63,996 nucleotides of DNA, filler included, from Intoshia linei (GCA_001642005.1; 7 parts of 7 records of this genome joined end to end with filler, not necessarily neighbours in it); one strand, 5' to 3'. Shown: positions 39,769-54,057, counted from the whole stretch's first letter. Made by a program: numbers and translations. The notes: a model not told the origin generated them from the sequence alone.

Positions 39769-42317
39769 AAATTTGATTACGACTGTATATAATGGCATTG
39801 TATTAAACAAATTGTGTAAATAAAATTTATTTTTTGTACCATTTCATGTTAAATTTACTATGCTAATTCAAAATTGGCATATGCCACGTAACGGATCTAT
39901 TTAAAATTGTGTTTCATTTTTTTAGGTCAATCCTTACATCAAGTGGAGCAAAAATAATACTATGTAAGTTAATTTTAGGAAAATTTTTATTTTATAAGAA
40001 AAACATGTAATAAATGAATTTTAAAACCTAAAATATTCTTCCTCTCCAAAATGAATTTATATACATTTGTACATTATATTATTTTTCTTACAGACTTCTC
40101 TTTATTATTCAGTGAATCAAAATTTTCTTTCACTGACACCCTTCATGAGTAAAATATGTTTAAACCCATTATTTTAAAAATTTTCGACAAAAAATTATGT
40201 TATAATTGTTAATACAATATATGATGTACTGATTTTATTATTTTTAATACTCTGTAGAATAAAAATTAAAGAAAATCAATAAAATACAAAAAAAACAAAG
40301 AATAATCACGAAATTAATAATGTAAAATTTTAATATGAATGTTAACATTGTGGCAATCTCAATTACATTATTTTTAAACGTCTGCATTTACTCAATAATT
40401 TACAATGTCAATTATTTTTAGATAAAATTTTTGATTATAGTTATTTATTGTAATTTATTATTATTTGTAAAATTATAATAATGAGTAATTTTGTTGTATG
40501 TGTTCACATTAGTGGTTCCACAATAAATTATTAAACTTGAAATTCAATTTTAAAATTTAAAATTAATTGGGTAATACCCAATGGGTATTGTTCACTAATA
40601 ATATTTTCATTGTAAGAAGTGTAAATAAATTTCATTTGTTTGTAAATTAAAAAGTAATATAACCGATAATTCGGTGAATATTGTTGAGTTTTGATTTTAG
40701 TAAATTGTTTTTAATTTCGATAATTTTAATTTACATTTAAGACAAAACAGGTTAATTTAATGATTCAATAATCAATATATTTAATCACATGTGTATGTAA
40801 TTTGGGTTTAAAGTTCTGTCGAGTTAATTATACATTTAATGTCAGTTTATAGTCAATTATACATTTACAAAAGTTTATTTGCATAATTAATAATGTAAGG
40901 CATATTATCATAATACATTGTAGAGCAGTGTTTTTCAACTTTTTTTTAATTGGGCAAATTAGGAAGCAATTAACAAATTTTGGCTCACAAGAAAACAACA
41001 AAATAGTAAAAATGTAAATCTTTTAAAATTTTGTAACATAAAATTCAGAATTGATAATACAGGGGTTCCGACACTTTTTTTACAGTGGACCGGTAATAAA
41101 TTATAAAATTTACCGTGGACCATTAAAGCAAAATTACCTGGCAACATTAAAAAAAATTGATAAAAAACGTAATAAATTGACTTCTAAATAGTAAAAATTA
41201 TTTCGCGGACCGGTAAAAATTTGTCACTGACCAATACTGGTCTTCGTGCCGATATTTGGGAAACGCTGTGAAAATATATGATAATATTTTAAATTTAGAT
41301 ATTGAAGTTAATTTTTAGTAAATACGTCGAAGGGTTAAGGTTTGGTTAAAAAATAATCTGGAAATTTTTGAAATCCACTCATTTAAAGGATTGATAATGG
41401 TGAATATAGCATTTTAAGTAAGATTTTATTATATAATTTATTTTTTTGATAGATTTGAAAAAATCCGCCCTCAGAGCTAAGTGCGGTTTGTACAAAGTAC
41501 AAATCAGTCAATCTAATTTTCTACTAAATTAAAAATCAAAAACTGAAACAAAAACTGATAATTATTATTGTAATTTCCCGGGAAATTTGATAAATAGAAA
41601 ACCGGGATATTCCCGGGTATATATCACTATTATATTTTGTTTTGTGACGTTTTGAATGCCTATGAAGGCCTAAGGCAAAGATCCACTGCAGCATATCATT
41701 TTTCTCAAATCTTATACACTGCTGTATCACCTTTAACTTCATATTTTATCCAAGTGTTAGATATTATTTATTTTTTCATTTGTTCAAAAATTTTTTTGGG
41801 GAAATCATGGAAATCCTGGGATTTTAAATGTTTCCCAGGATTTTTATTCCGGTATTTTTCCACAATTACTAATGAGCCTGACAATTTTTACATATTTTTT
41901 TGATACAAGTATTTTTTGTATTAGGTATGACACATGAGAATCCTTTACTATATAAATATTAATTTTTGTGTGGTACCGTTTAATTAATAAATTAAAAGAG
42001 CTAGAATTAAAAAACCCAAATTTCTAATACAGTTTTTCGAGAGTCATGTTTTATCGAAAATTTTATTTTCAGAAATTGAGTTTTTCAGTATCAAAAAACC
42101 AAATTACTTTTTTTTTAATAAATAATAAAATCCGTCCTAGAATTTTAAAGAACATAAATTCTGGGACGCGTATTAATGATATTACTATTGTTGTAAATTT
42201 TAACCTCAAAAACTTACACTTTCACGGTTCAACCCCAAAATTACCCGTTTTTTTTTTAAATGAAAAACGTCACTGCATTTTATAAAACTTTTAGATAGTT
42301 TTTAAAATTGGTGTCTA

Positions 42318-42905
42318 CTTAAATCCAACAATTTTTACTAAAAATCAAAATTTACCAATATTAACAGGAAAAATTCAGTTTTACTAACCCTAAAAGGAAA
42401 AATTCCAGTTTTACAAACCCTAAAAGGAAAATTCTAGGTTAACCAACCTTTAACGGAAAATTTCAGTTTTACCAACCTTTAAGGGAAAAATCCAGTTTTG
42501 CGGAGTATCTCATAAAAACTCAATATCACAAACAAAAACAAATGAAGTTCTCAAATAGAAAGATTATCGATAAACAAGTTATAAACGCTTTTTCCTTTTA
42601 GGGTTGGTAAAACTGGATTTTTCCCTTAAAGGTTGGTAAAACTGGAATTTTCCCTAAAGGATTTTTAAAACCGAATTTTTTTTTTTAGGGTGGATAAAAC
42701 TGGAATTTTTATTTTAAGGGTTGGTAAAATTGGGATTTTCCCTAAAGGGCTTTTAAAATCGAACTTTTCTATTAAAGGTTGGTAAAAGTGAGTTTTCTCA
42801 TAAGGGTTGGTAAAATTGGGATTTTTCCTTAGGGGTTTGTAAAAGTGGATTTTTATTTTAAAGGTTGGTAAATTTTGATTTTTATTAAAAATGGTTGGGT
42901 TTAAG
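42318..42905. mobile_element. Foldback-like element: long inverted arms built from ~31-bp tandem subrepeats
   Basis: Terminal CTTAAATCCAACAATTTTTACTAAAAATCAAAATTTACCAA is inverted at about 42866-42905. The left arm has about 5 units like AGTTTTACCAACCTTTAAGGGAAAAATCC, the right arm about 9 reverse-complement units, with a ~90-bp spacer. Confidence 0.8.
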
Positions 42906-45190
42906 AATATTTTTTTTTAAAATCATGAGTATTATCATAAATCCCATTTTATGATTCACAACTTCAAAAGCTAAAACCAATTAAAAAATTCTGCCTCAGA
43001 ACTTAAAATCTATAATATCTGAAATACAAACAAATTATAATCAAGCTACTCATAAAATAAAGTGACTTAATTTCACATAAAGACCACCTCAAGCTCAATA
43101 AATGATCATGTTTTTAATCATTCTTCATCATTTTTCATGTTCTGCAAGTATTTACTATTTTTATATTTTACATTTTTAATAATGTACCTTGTAAATTTTT
43201 TAACATCTACAATTATCATGATTTATTTATTTATTATTTCTATTATTTGTATGTAAATTGAACCACTAAAATTAAAAATTAATATTTTATAATTTACAAT
43301 GTTAATTCAACAATCTACAATTATCATTTATGTATTCAAGCTTTATGTTTCTCTTTGATCTACATCTCATATATACAAGTGATTACAACAACAACCGCAT
43401 AAATAAATAATCTCAAGAGTTTATATATTCTCAAGTACATACATGTATACACAATTTAGAAAAAACAAAACATATTGATGAATACTAATTATAATGATCA
43501 GACTTTGCTCATTGAAATGATAAAAATGAATACTTCGAAAACTACTTGAAATGATTATTCAACGTTATTAAAATTATAAAATTATGCATCAAATGAACAT
43601 GCAAAATAATTATAAAACATGAATCCAATATAATAAATGTATGTATAACGCCGTAATACAGACATATATCACTGAAACTACACACTTGGTTTTAAATTCG
43701 AATAAATCAAATCATAAATTAATTACAATGCATTGGTATTAAAATTATAAATTTCAAAACATTTATTTTTTGCTTAAATTCCAAATAATCCACCGCAAAC
43801 ATTTTCCAACTATCCGGAAATAATTATAATGTGTGCTACTTATATTTAATAAGTTATAAACAAATTATAAAATTATAAATTAGCCCTCAAGGAAAATACA
43901 ACTCAATTTAAGTCTTAAACAATAATTGGATACTCTTAAAAGGTTAAATTAAAAGGTTAATATGTCTTGAAGGAATCATTAAAAAGTAAAAAATAACACA
44001 TTCTTGTAAAATGTTAACAACTCTACATTTCGACATGTTATATTCAATTAAATTAGCTATACATAAAGTACTAAAGATATATTATATGTAAATCGGGAAT
44101 ATTTCAAATTTAAATAATTATTTTCAATAAATTAATAATTTTAACAATTTGAATGTAAAAATAGTAACTATTGATTATAGTATAGTTCAATAGAATTAAC
44201 GTGAAAATTTTTTGGAAATATTGATATAAACAATAGATTGACAAATTTTAGCGTTTAATTTAAGTTAGCGATTAACTAACAATTTGAATAAAGTGAATAG
44301 AAATATAACATTGAATAATAATTCGTTGTTATAATATGTCAGAACGATCAAATCTGAGTTGTACTTGAATATTGTGTTGGATATTAATATATCGCATAAT
44401 TAAAATTAAAATTCAATTAAATGACGGAAAACAATACCTATTTAATATTTGTATCTAACTAAATATTTATCGACAATATAACTCTATTTAAATTTAAGCA
44501 AATTGAGTTATTATGAATTTTATATCCAATTGAAGTCTCTATAAATAACTGACAACTGTCTTGTGTATTCAACTAATAATAAAATAATGTTGACTAATTT
44601 AATGGAAAACATATTGACACCACGCCTACTAGATACCCACTTGCACGTTTGGAAGATGATTTTAACTATTTAAAACAGCTTTGAAAGATACAAAACAATT
44701 CAAATTTGACTAAGCCGCTCAGATAAACTTACAGCCTCACAATAGCTGAAATGGCTAAATTTACAATTTACGATTCACAGAAATTACCATACATATCAAC
44801 TTTCATTAATCTGTGCAAATTAGCATATTACTAAATCTAATAGTGTAGTATTCAAAAATTCTAGCATACTCTGGTACTAACAAGTTGAGGCAAGTCTACA
44901 TCAACCACTTGAAAATTAATCTTGCATCTCACCAGTCTGATAAATTAAACAATGCACTCGAGTGTACGAGCTACTTGAACATAATCTTGCAATATTTTAA
45001 TTCTCATTCTACATATTCAATTCTAACGAAAGCATCAAACGTGAAAGTGTTAAATTAAATTCAAATTAACATACATTTTAACTAATCTAAAGGACACAAA
45101 ACAGTAAGCATTGTAAGTTAAACAAGCGTTATATATAAATATTTTAGGTCATACAGTAATTGCAGAAAGTATTTACGAGTTTACCAAAAA

Positions 45191-48100
45191 ATGGAAAATA
45201 TAATGATTTTATTATGTCTAATTTTTTCAATTACTTCCGGTAAAAAATTAAAATACACAGTCAATGAAAATATCAAAGTTCCATCAGTAATAGGAAATGC
45301 ATATGTTGATTTAAAAATTGATAAAATTACAAAAAGTTGGATTATCGATCCAGAAACAGAAAAATTTAAAAATGAATCTGAAAATTTGATATCTATTCAA
45401 TTTTCAACGGGTAATATAATAGTGTCTCGACCAATTGACAGGGAAAAAATTTGCAAAAAATCAAAAATATGTTCAAAACGTTATCAATTATTAATAGAAA
45501 GATTAAACGAAAAAACGGCTCATACGGTAACTTTAATAATCAAAGACGAAAACGACAACATACCCCATTTTACCCAAAATATGGTCCGCATTTCCATTCC
45601 AGAGAATGCTGTAATAGGTAGTTTGTATAGTTTACCCGACGCAATTGATGAAGACACTGAAAAACATTCTAAATTAACTTATAGAATTGTATCGAGTTTC
45701 CTTAAACCAAACTCTGATATTATTCATTTCAAGCTAGATACGAGCAGTAAATTTTCCTTAGATTATGATGCAGATATCGGTTCGCAAGTTTATTTGACAA
45801 TTAAAGAACCATTGGACAGAGAATTGCAAAATTTTCATACTATATACGTTTTAGTGCATCAACATTCTCATTCATCTAAAATTGAAAATCAACAAAATTT
45901 TCTAAACTTGACTTTTAATTCCAAAAACAATGAAAGAATATATTGGCTAAATGATAAGAAAACTATTCAAAACATTATTCTAAAAGTTGACATTGAAATC
46001 ACCGATATAAACGACAATTTACCCAAATTTTCAAATTTTGAATATTTCACGTCAATTTCTGAATCCTCTCCAATTGAAACAAAAGTTTTTATAGCTAAAG
46101 CTTATGACCCAGATTCTCCTACTCATTCTGATATAATGTACAATATAATACCTCAGAAAGGAAAAAGTTTACCTTTCAGTATTGATAAATCCAGCGGAAT
46201 GGTAATTTTAGTAAAAAAATTGGACCGAGAAACTAGAGATTCTTATAAATTTCAAGTGAACAGCTTACATCCCAGTGCAAAAATAGAAAATTACTCTAAA
46301 GATAAAATAAAAATGACAAAGTATACATTAAACGTAAAGGTTACAGATGTAAACGACAACTTTCCAGACATTGAGCTATTACCAGCAAATTATTTCGACA
46401 AAAAAATAAAACGAAAAATCGATTTACAATTGATAAAAAACGGCATTTATGTAAACGAATCAAGCCATATTGGTTCATCAATTGCCTTAATATCAGTTTG
46501 CGATGCTGATTTCGGTATAAATTCTTTTATGAACTGTAACTTGAAAATTGAACCAGAATTAACAAAATCAAATAAATACATCAAAAATTTCCGTAAAACG
46601 GATTTTAAATTCAAGCCAAACATTGTAGATTTCAAAAATCGAAAAATTTACAACTTGTATATAAACCACGTATTAGACATGGAAATTTGTGCAAAATACA
46701 AAATAAATATAACCTGTAATGATCAACATACAGCTCTAGGAAAAAGAAATCAATTAAAATCTTGGATTATTTTTAACATAAACATTTTGGACAACAATGA
46801 TAATGTTCCAGTATTTGATAAAAAAGTTTACTACCTCCAGAAACCACGAAATACTACTAGTTTTAATAGTTCGGTATTAACAGTTAGAGCACGAGATGAT
46901 GATGCAGGTAAATATGGAAAAATTTCTTACTCTTTGGATAAAAAATTAAACAAATATTTTACTATCGATTCTAATGGTACCATTAATCTCAGAAAAATAA
47001 ATTATACAAATTTTAAAAATTTCAATTTCTCCAGTTATTCAAATAAAATTCCGAGACACGGATATGTATACGCAACAGATATAGGACATAATGAAGGCAT
47101 TGCTTCCATATTTGTACACAATTATGATGAACCAATCACCATTTTCGCTTCTTATTTATTTGGAAATCACAAAACTAACGTATTGATTCTTTCTCTCATT
47201 CTTAGTTTAACATTACTAGTTATTATTGCTGTTTGTACTGCTTTGATTATTAGAAGAATCAAACGTAACAAGCTTAATAATTCAAACACTTTTTTTAATT
47301 TTTGGGGATTTTTAAGACAAAATAGTGGCAAGTATGTTGTTAATGGTCATTCAAATAATTCAATGCTAAAAAATGCTCCTTCTAATACAAATACTCAATC
47401 AAACTCTTCGAATAACACTGATTGTCCAAATTCAAAATTTATAGATAATGATGCTGATAGTATGAATCATGAACCTATTCCAAATTCTCATAATTTTACA
47501 CAGAATTTACTCAAATTTGAAAATTTAGTCAAAGAAATTGATAATAAAATCAAATGTAATGAATGCAATGAAACTGTTTATAATCCTGTATTCTTAACTC
47601 TTGATTCTCCTCAAAAGTTTTCACGTCATATTGACGCATGCAATAATCTCAATTCTACTGAAATTTATAAGGTTACTATTTTATTATTATATCAATTTAT
47701 AACAGTTTTCGGAGGAAAATTATGAGCAGTAGTTCTGGGAACGTCTTAAGGGTCCGAGTTCCTAATATCATTATAAATATACATTTTAACCAATAAAAAT
47801 TAAAAGGGATTATAAATCAAATTTTCCATAAAATTAATAGTTTATATTATTTTTTTAGGTTACTTTTTTGTCATATCCTAAAATTCGATTTAATGAAAAT
47901 TTTATTTTGTTTTTATTTTTACGTTTTTAACTTTACATTTTTTTATCCTAACTTATATAATATGCTACGCAATTTTTATTTGTGTGTGTTCAGTTTTATT
48001 TAAATCTGAATTTTTTAAATACCACATTTCAATTACAGTTTTTTCTGGGACGTATAATAATATAAATTTTAATCTCCCAATTTCACATCTTAAGGTTGAT

Positions 48101-51100
48101 TGTTCCTCTTTTTGAAAATCAAATGAGTTGGAAAATTTAAAAAAATATATACGCTAATGCGGATTTTAAAATCATATACATTATCATAAATTTAAATTTA
48201 AAAAATTATATCTTGATGGCCAAAACCCCAAATTACACTTCTTATTTTAATGAAAACAGTCCTAGAATTTCAAAAAATTAACACGTGGTACAATTGTATC
48301 CTGTTAACATACATAAAAAATTTCAATCCGAATAAAAGACGATTTCACGGTCAAAAAAGCATTTTAGTATTCATATATTTTTTTTCCGAAATATTTTATT
48401 AAAACAAAAAATGCGAAATAATTAACGGTCCGAATATTAAAAAAATCTATTAAAAAAAAATTATTCTGATAGAGCTTATTCCAGTTGATATAAATACAAA
48501 AGTTCAACCCGAGAAATCTTTGCATTTCCGATGTAAAATAAAAATTGAAAATGTAAATATTGATTCTACAATTTGAAAAAAATGTTCATTGAATGTCTAC
48601 ACATTTCCAATAAAAAAATATGGGTGAAAATCTATATAATTCATTCCTTTGGAATTTTTTCATTGCTACACAATTTATAAATTTTAAATTCTCATTTTTA
48701 AACACTAAAACAATTCAAAAAAAACACTCCGAAACTTGAATTGTACATTAGTCTGAATTATACATTGAGATGTGGTCTCAATAATTTTTTATTATTATTA
48801 AAACTGGTTTCCGTAAAAAAGTTTGGAAAACCTTGATTTAATCTATACTAATTAAAATAAATAATTTTTAAAATACAATTTCATTTTACAAATATGTATA
48901 AACAAATAACAATGATTAATTGTTCATATTTTTCATAATAAATCTGCATGTTAATTTTATATTCAATAATTTTAATCCGTTTCTAACTGACTAAATTGAA
49001 ATTTAAGATGAAATTCAAAATTAATTTCTCGTTTGGCACTTTTAATTGACTCTTGAAATGTATAATTTGTTAAATACAATGCATCATTATTTTATAAGTG
49101 AATTTGAAAAACATTGAATTAATTATTAATTATACAATTATATTTTGGTATGTAGCGTACATTTTCAGTTTGTTCATTTTTTATAAATAAAACCATAAAA
49201 CTGACAAAACTGATTGTTCATTGTAACTGATCCATACATAAAAAATTATCGCTGTATGAATCTTACAGTATGATACAATTTAAATTTTAAATTTAATAGA
49301 ATTTTATTTTTTTATCATACGTGTATTGCATACAAATACAAAATATTGTAATCAACTAATTTATTTCAACATTCGTGTATAATTTTAATAAAATGTAACT
49401 CTTTTGAATTTGATGCAGTTTTAATTTAAAATTTAAATTAGAATTTACAAATGTAAAATGGTATTTTTACTTAGTTGTTTAATCCTGTTGGCACATTAAG
49501 TATTAATATTCAATTAATAAGCAGATTATTTAATGCAAATATTTTATTTAACGGATTAACTAGTTGTTTTTAATTTTTATTAGATTTATTATTATATTTC
49601 CAACCAAGGCCAGATTAATCCAAAACTGCTTTCATTACTATAATAATGGTGAATACATGCATCAGAATTCATTCTCATAACATTGATTGTTTTCATTTTT
49701 TAGTTTCACTCTATCGTTGAATTTTTTTTAGATATTGTATTGTTAACATGGTTAGTATGGGACAAATGAAATTCAGAATAAATGTTTAGAAATATTATGA
49801 TAAATATGTAATTTTGACTTGCATTTTGGATTTTCACCAACATTACAAGTGGGCTTAATTAGTGGTATAACGCATTCATTTTTATTATATTATTTATTTT
49901 AACCAGTTTTACTTTGAGACTACTATTTTTTGACTTTTAATTTGGGTTGTTACAAGACTCTTGTAAAATACCAGATCCTTTTGTATATAAATTTCTATAA
50001 TTAATGACATTTTAACAACTTCACACCTTAAAAATTTCATGATGATACAATCAATGTTGAAATATGTTCACACGTGTTTAATAAAATGTATAATGTAATT
50101 GAATATTTTGAATCACGTATTTAATATAATTAATTGTGAAACATTATAAAATTAACTCATTAAAATGTCAAATTTTTATACGTATCGGATGCAGAAATGT
50201 TAAAATGATAATTTTATCTTATCCCCTAGCATTTTATCCAACACATTATCCCAACTTATATAATATGCTATGCTATTTTTGTTTGTGTGTGTGTTCAGCT
50301 TTATTTAAATAACTACCCGTTTTAGAATTTTATAAAGTACAGATTTCAATTACAGTTTTTTTCGGGGGTTTCGCAAACTTAATTTCAACCTCCCAAACTC
50401 ACATCTTATGGGTGAAAAACCCCAATTGTCCTTTTTTTTGAAAATCAAAAAAGTTGGAGAATTTAAAAAAAATATATCTTCAGGACCAAAACCACAAATT
50501 AGCCTTATTTTATTAATGAAAACAGCCCTATAATTTCAAAAAATTTACAGGTTGTATAGTTGTATCCTGTTAACACACACAAAAAATTTCAATCCGAATA
50601 AGTGACGACTTCACAGTCAAAAAAGCATTTTAGTTTACATATATTTTTTTTCCGAAATATTTTATTAAAACAAAAAATTGTTTTATAAGTTATAACTGAT
50701 TAAATTTCACAGTTTTTGTTATCCGTTATATTTTACGTTATTATTTTAATTATATAATAATTAGTAAATCAAAAAAATTTAAATTTAGAATTAATAAAAA
50801 TGCCAATATTTTAGACAAAAATTTTTATCAATAAATTGGAATAAATAAAATGGATTGTAAAAATTCATAAACCATAAATGTCGATTCCCCGCTGATACTT
50901 TATAAAATTATAAAAATCAAAAATCAATAGAACTAGATAAATTAAGTGATTATTTTTGTTACAAATGACGCATAAAATGAATTTTTTGAAATTTGACTTC
51001 GCTTCGTGTGACTAATCTTTTAATTTTCTATAATTAAATTTATAGTCTATTTTTAGTTTTGTAACATAAATTTTAAATTTTAATATTATTTTTCTTTTTT

Positions 51101-52115
51101 AATGTTAGATGTAAACATGACCGCAACGGCTAAAACTGAACCAAATTTTGTAAGATAAAAATTATAGACAATTTCATGAAAATTAATGACATTATATATA
51201 AAATCTAAATTTTTGGTAGATTAAATTGTAATTGGACGTTGTAATAAACATTTTTTAAGCTCTGTTGGACTTGAGTGTACATTGTACACCTAACAAAACG
51301 TGTAAGACAAACATTTAGGTTACATTTTGGCGGTACAAATATAAGGAAATGATTACAGACTCATAGAGAGTCCATTAGACACATAAACATTCTAACTTGG
51401 ATAGGGGCAACATAACCGGGGCTGCCTAATATTTATATTTTTTTTTTATTATTACTAACCAATTTGTTCTTTATTTGCCAAAGTAAACAAACAAGTTAAT
51501 ATTATGCATTTTTGACTTTTATAAAATACATAAACGAATACTCAAGCACTTGTATCTTATTTCAAATATTGGCAAGTGAGAACACATCAATTCACATGTT
51601 ACAAAGCTATAATTCAATTGAAATTTGATATATGCTAATAATTCATAGTATACATATTAACCATAATAATAAGTATCAAATTTAATACAATTCATATTTA
51701 CATTTTAATATAAATTTTGAATAAAATTTATATCGTTCGTTTTATCAGTTGGTTTAAGTCAAATGTAGTTTGATATCAAAAATTTTGTAGTGTTTTATGT
51801 TTCGTTTTAAATTATTGCATTCTGGACAATAAATGAAATTTTTTGTTATAAAAATCAGTTGCGTTTTTTTATTTTAAAAAAATGGGCAGACAACATAGAT
51901 TATTATATACGTATACTTTATAATTACATTTTTTTAATTTTACATTTTAGCAAAACAGCTACAATTCCGAAAACCACTCGGATAGTGGGAAAGGATCAAA
52001 CGAAGGAAAGATAAGTCCATTAGAACTTATACATGGTATTTTATATTTTTTGTCTTTTTATTTATATTTAGATGCATCCAATCATTACAGTTATACTGCA
52101 GCCTCATTTGTATAA
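45191..52115 (+). CDS. Protocadherin-like protein (signal peptide, 5 cadherin repeats, TM, cytoplasmic tail)
   Basis: Exon 45191-47671 has IDREKIC, DENDNIP, LDRE, DINDNLP, DVNDNFP, DNNDNVP and a TM helix. Distal exons 49609-49648 (tentative), 51109-51149, 51951-52035 and 52072-52115 give HSDSGKGSNEG...YTAASFV*. Confidence 0.9.
47946..48670 (+). mobile_element. Helitron-family copy in protocadherin intron
   Basis: A|TCCTAACTTATATAATATGCTACGC terminus and shared body. Confidence 0.75.
50249..50680 (+). mobile_element. Helitron-family 5' fragment
   Basis: A|TCCCAACTTATATAATATGCTATGC, (GT)n tract and shared body. Confidence 0.75.
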
Positions 52116-53191
52116 AAAAGCCAGCCTTTTATTTATTGTTGATATTTAATTCAATTCTCTTTGTTAAAATCTTAAAATAAAAATTATACAAACATACAAT
52201 GTTAAACTGTCAAAAAACACCTCTTTTATGTTAACATAAAGTAGCCCACGGAAAAGATGAGCTAACTTAAAATTTGCTTGGTATTAAATTAATTAATTTN
52301 NNNNNNNNNNNNNNNNNNNNNNNNNNNNNNNNNNNNNNNNNNNTTAATTAATTAANNNNNNNNNNNNNNNNNNNNNNNNNNNNNNNNNNNNNNNNNNNNT
52401 AAACCAAAACTAAATGTTCGACTAACAAATGAAATTTCCGAGAGAACATTATCTCGACTAAAAATATTCTCAAAGAAAGGTCAATAAATTTGATGAATTT
52501 GAGGAAAGAATTAATCATGGATGCCATTCAAAAATTGAACTCACATAGTAGTTTAAATATGAATACTAGCTTAATTTTTCCTACCTCAACAAGAAACTCG
52601 CAAAATTTCTACTTTTTGAAACACCCTAGTAACTATATGAAAAGAAATTATGAAGTTCACAACTAAGAATTATTCAATGAAATTGACTTTAAATTAAAGA
52701 GATTCTACTGTACTATAAAAATCTATTTTTTAAATAAATGCTTAATTTTTTTAGATATACCCCATCAACGAATCTTTATCAACTTTCTTCTTATGATTAA
52801 ATACTACCATTGTTCAATGAATTTAATACATAATAGAATTTTATCATTACCATCAGTTTTTGGGGCACTTTTCAAAAAAAGTGCCCCAACACGGGATTAT
52901 ACTATATTTAAATTTATTAACACGACAACGGATTATTAAAATTTTTAATAAACTAACTGATAAATCATATAATAAAAAATTTAAACTTCAAGACGCGGGG
53001 TTTTTTTGGATAAACATTAAAAAGATTAATATAATTATACAGATAATTAAGCGGCGCTCATTTTATATATTAGAAAAATGGAATTGCCCTATTGTGCAAA
53101 GAATATAACAGAGAAGCTGGTGTCATAATAATATATTTATTATTATATCATTTAATAATTTACTAACATGTAAATATATATAATTGTTTAG

Positions 53192-54057
53192 AATGTCATC
53201 AATCATGCAAATCTTGTATAAAAATAAATAATAATTGTATTTCTTGTAATACAGACAAATTCTTGAACGCTCGTAATCAATGTTTGCGTAATAAATATTT
53301 AAAACATTTTTAATGAATTATATCTTATAAATAGCGTGTCATAAATCATGCAAAAAATGTAATGGTCCATTTGATAACAATTGTACACATTGTGATGAAT
53401 ACAGATATTTAAATAATGACAATCAATGCGCTTGTAATAAATATTTAAAAATTCAAAATAAATTTCATCATATTTTTTAGTTTGTGATACAAATGGTCAT
53501 ATCATAATACGAGACGACGAGACTAGATATGGGGAATGCGAAAGTATAAAATATTAAATATAATTAATGTATTTTAGTTTGTGAAGATAATGAACATTTG
53601 GTAATTTTGATTGAAGATAAACGAATTGGATATTGTTTATGTTTAATAACATTTTCATTTATAAATTCATTGATAGATTGTACTGAACATCAATTTTTAA
53701 CTATTACAGACGATTTAATTAGAAAAGGTTTTTGTACAGGTACAAATATAATTATCTTTTAAAATTTTATTATTCGTATGAACGCTCCATAATTATGGTA
53801 CGCGAAATTTCATAGTGGATTATCATTACTTTTTGTTTATTATTATTTGATTTATATATTCGTAGAATGCCATCCGAGTTGCAAAACATGCAATACCACA
53901 TTGGCAACAAACTGTTTATCTTGTATAGGCACAAAATATTTATCACAAAACTCTGATTGTCGGCGTAACATTAGTCATTTATTTTATAATCTAATTTAAG
54001 CATGCGAAAATGGTCATATAATTCGAAACGCTGATCCACAATTACAATCTTGTCAAG
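53192..54057 (+). CDS. Cys-rich protein fragment: furin-like repeats plus short two-Cys modules, one module per exon
   Basis: Exons 53192-53287, 53335-53433, 53481-53543, 53578-53640, 53677-53739, 53866-53964 and 54001-54057, all GT-AG and phase 1-1. They encode CHQSCKSC..NCISC..FL..NQC, CHKSCKKCNGP..NCTHC, CHPSCKTC..NCLSC. Start and end of the gene are unresolved. Confidence 0.85.

Noticed and set aside
42360-42870. ~31-bp repeat array as CRISPR or telomeric repeat
   Set aside because: Units are contiguous with no unique spacers and are arranged as inverted arms. TAACCC/TTAGGG-like hexamers are isolated. Eukaryotic context with no cas genes.
52400-53120. Upstream exons or signal peptide of the Cys-rich gene
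   Set aside because: Frames contain stops. Only 53074-53119 is phase-compatible, and no start could be supported.
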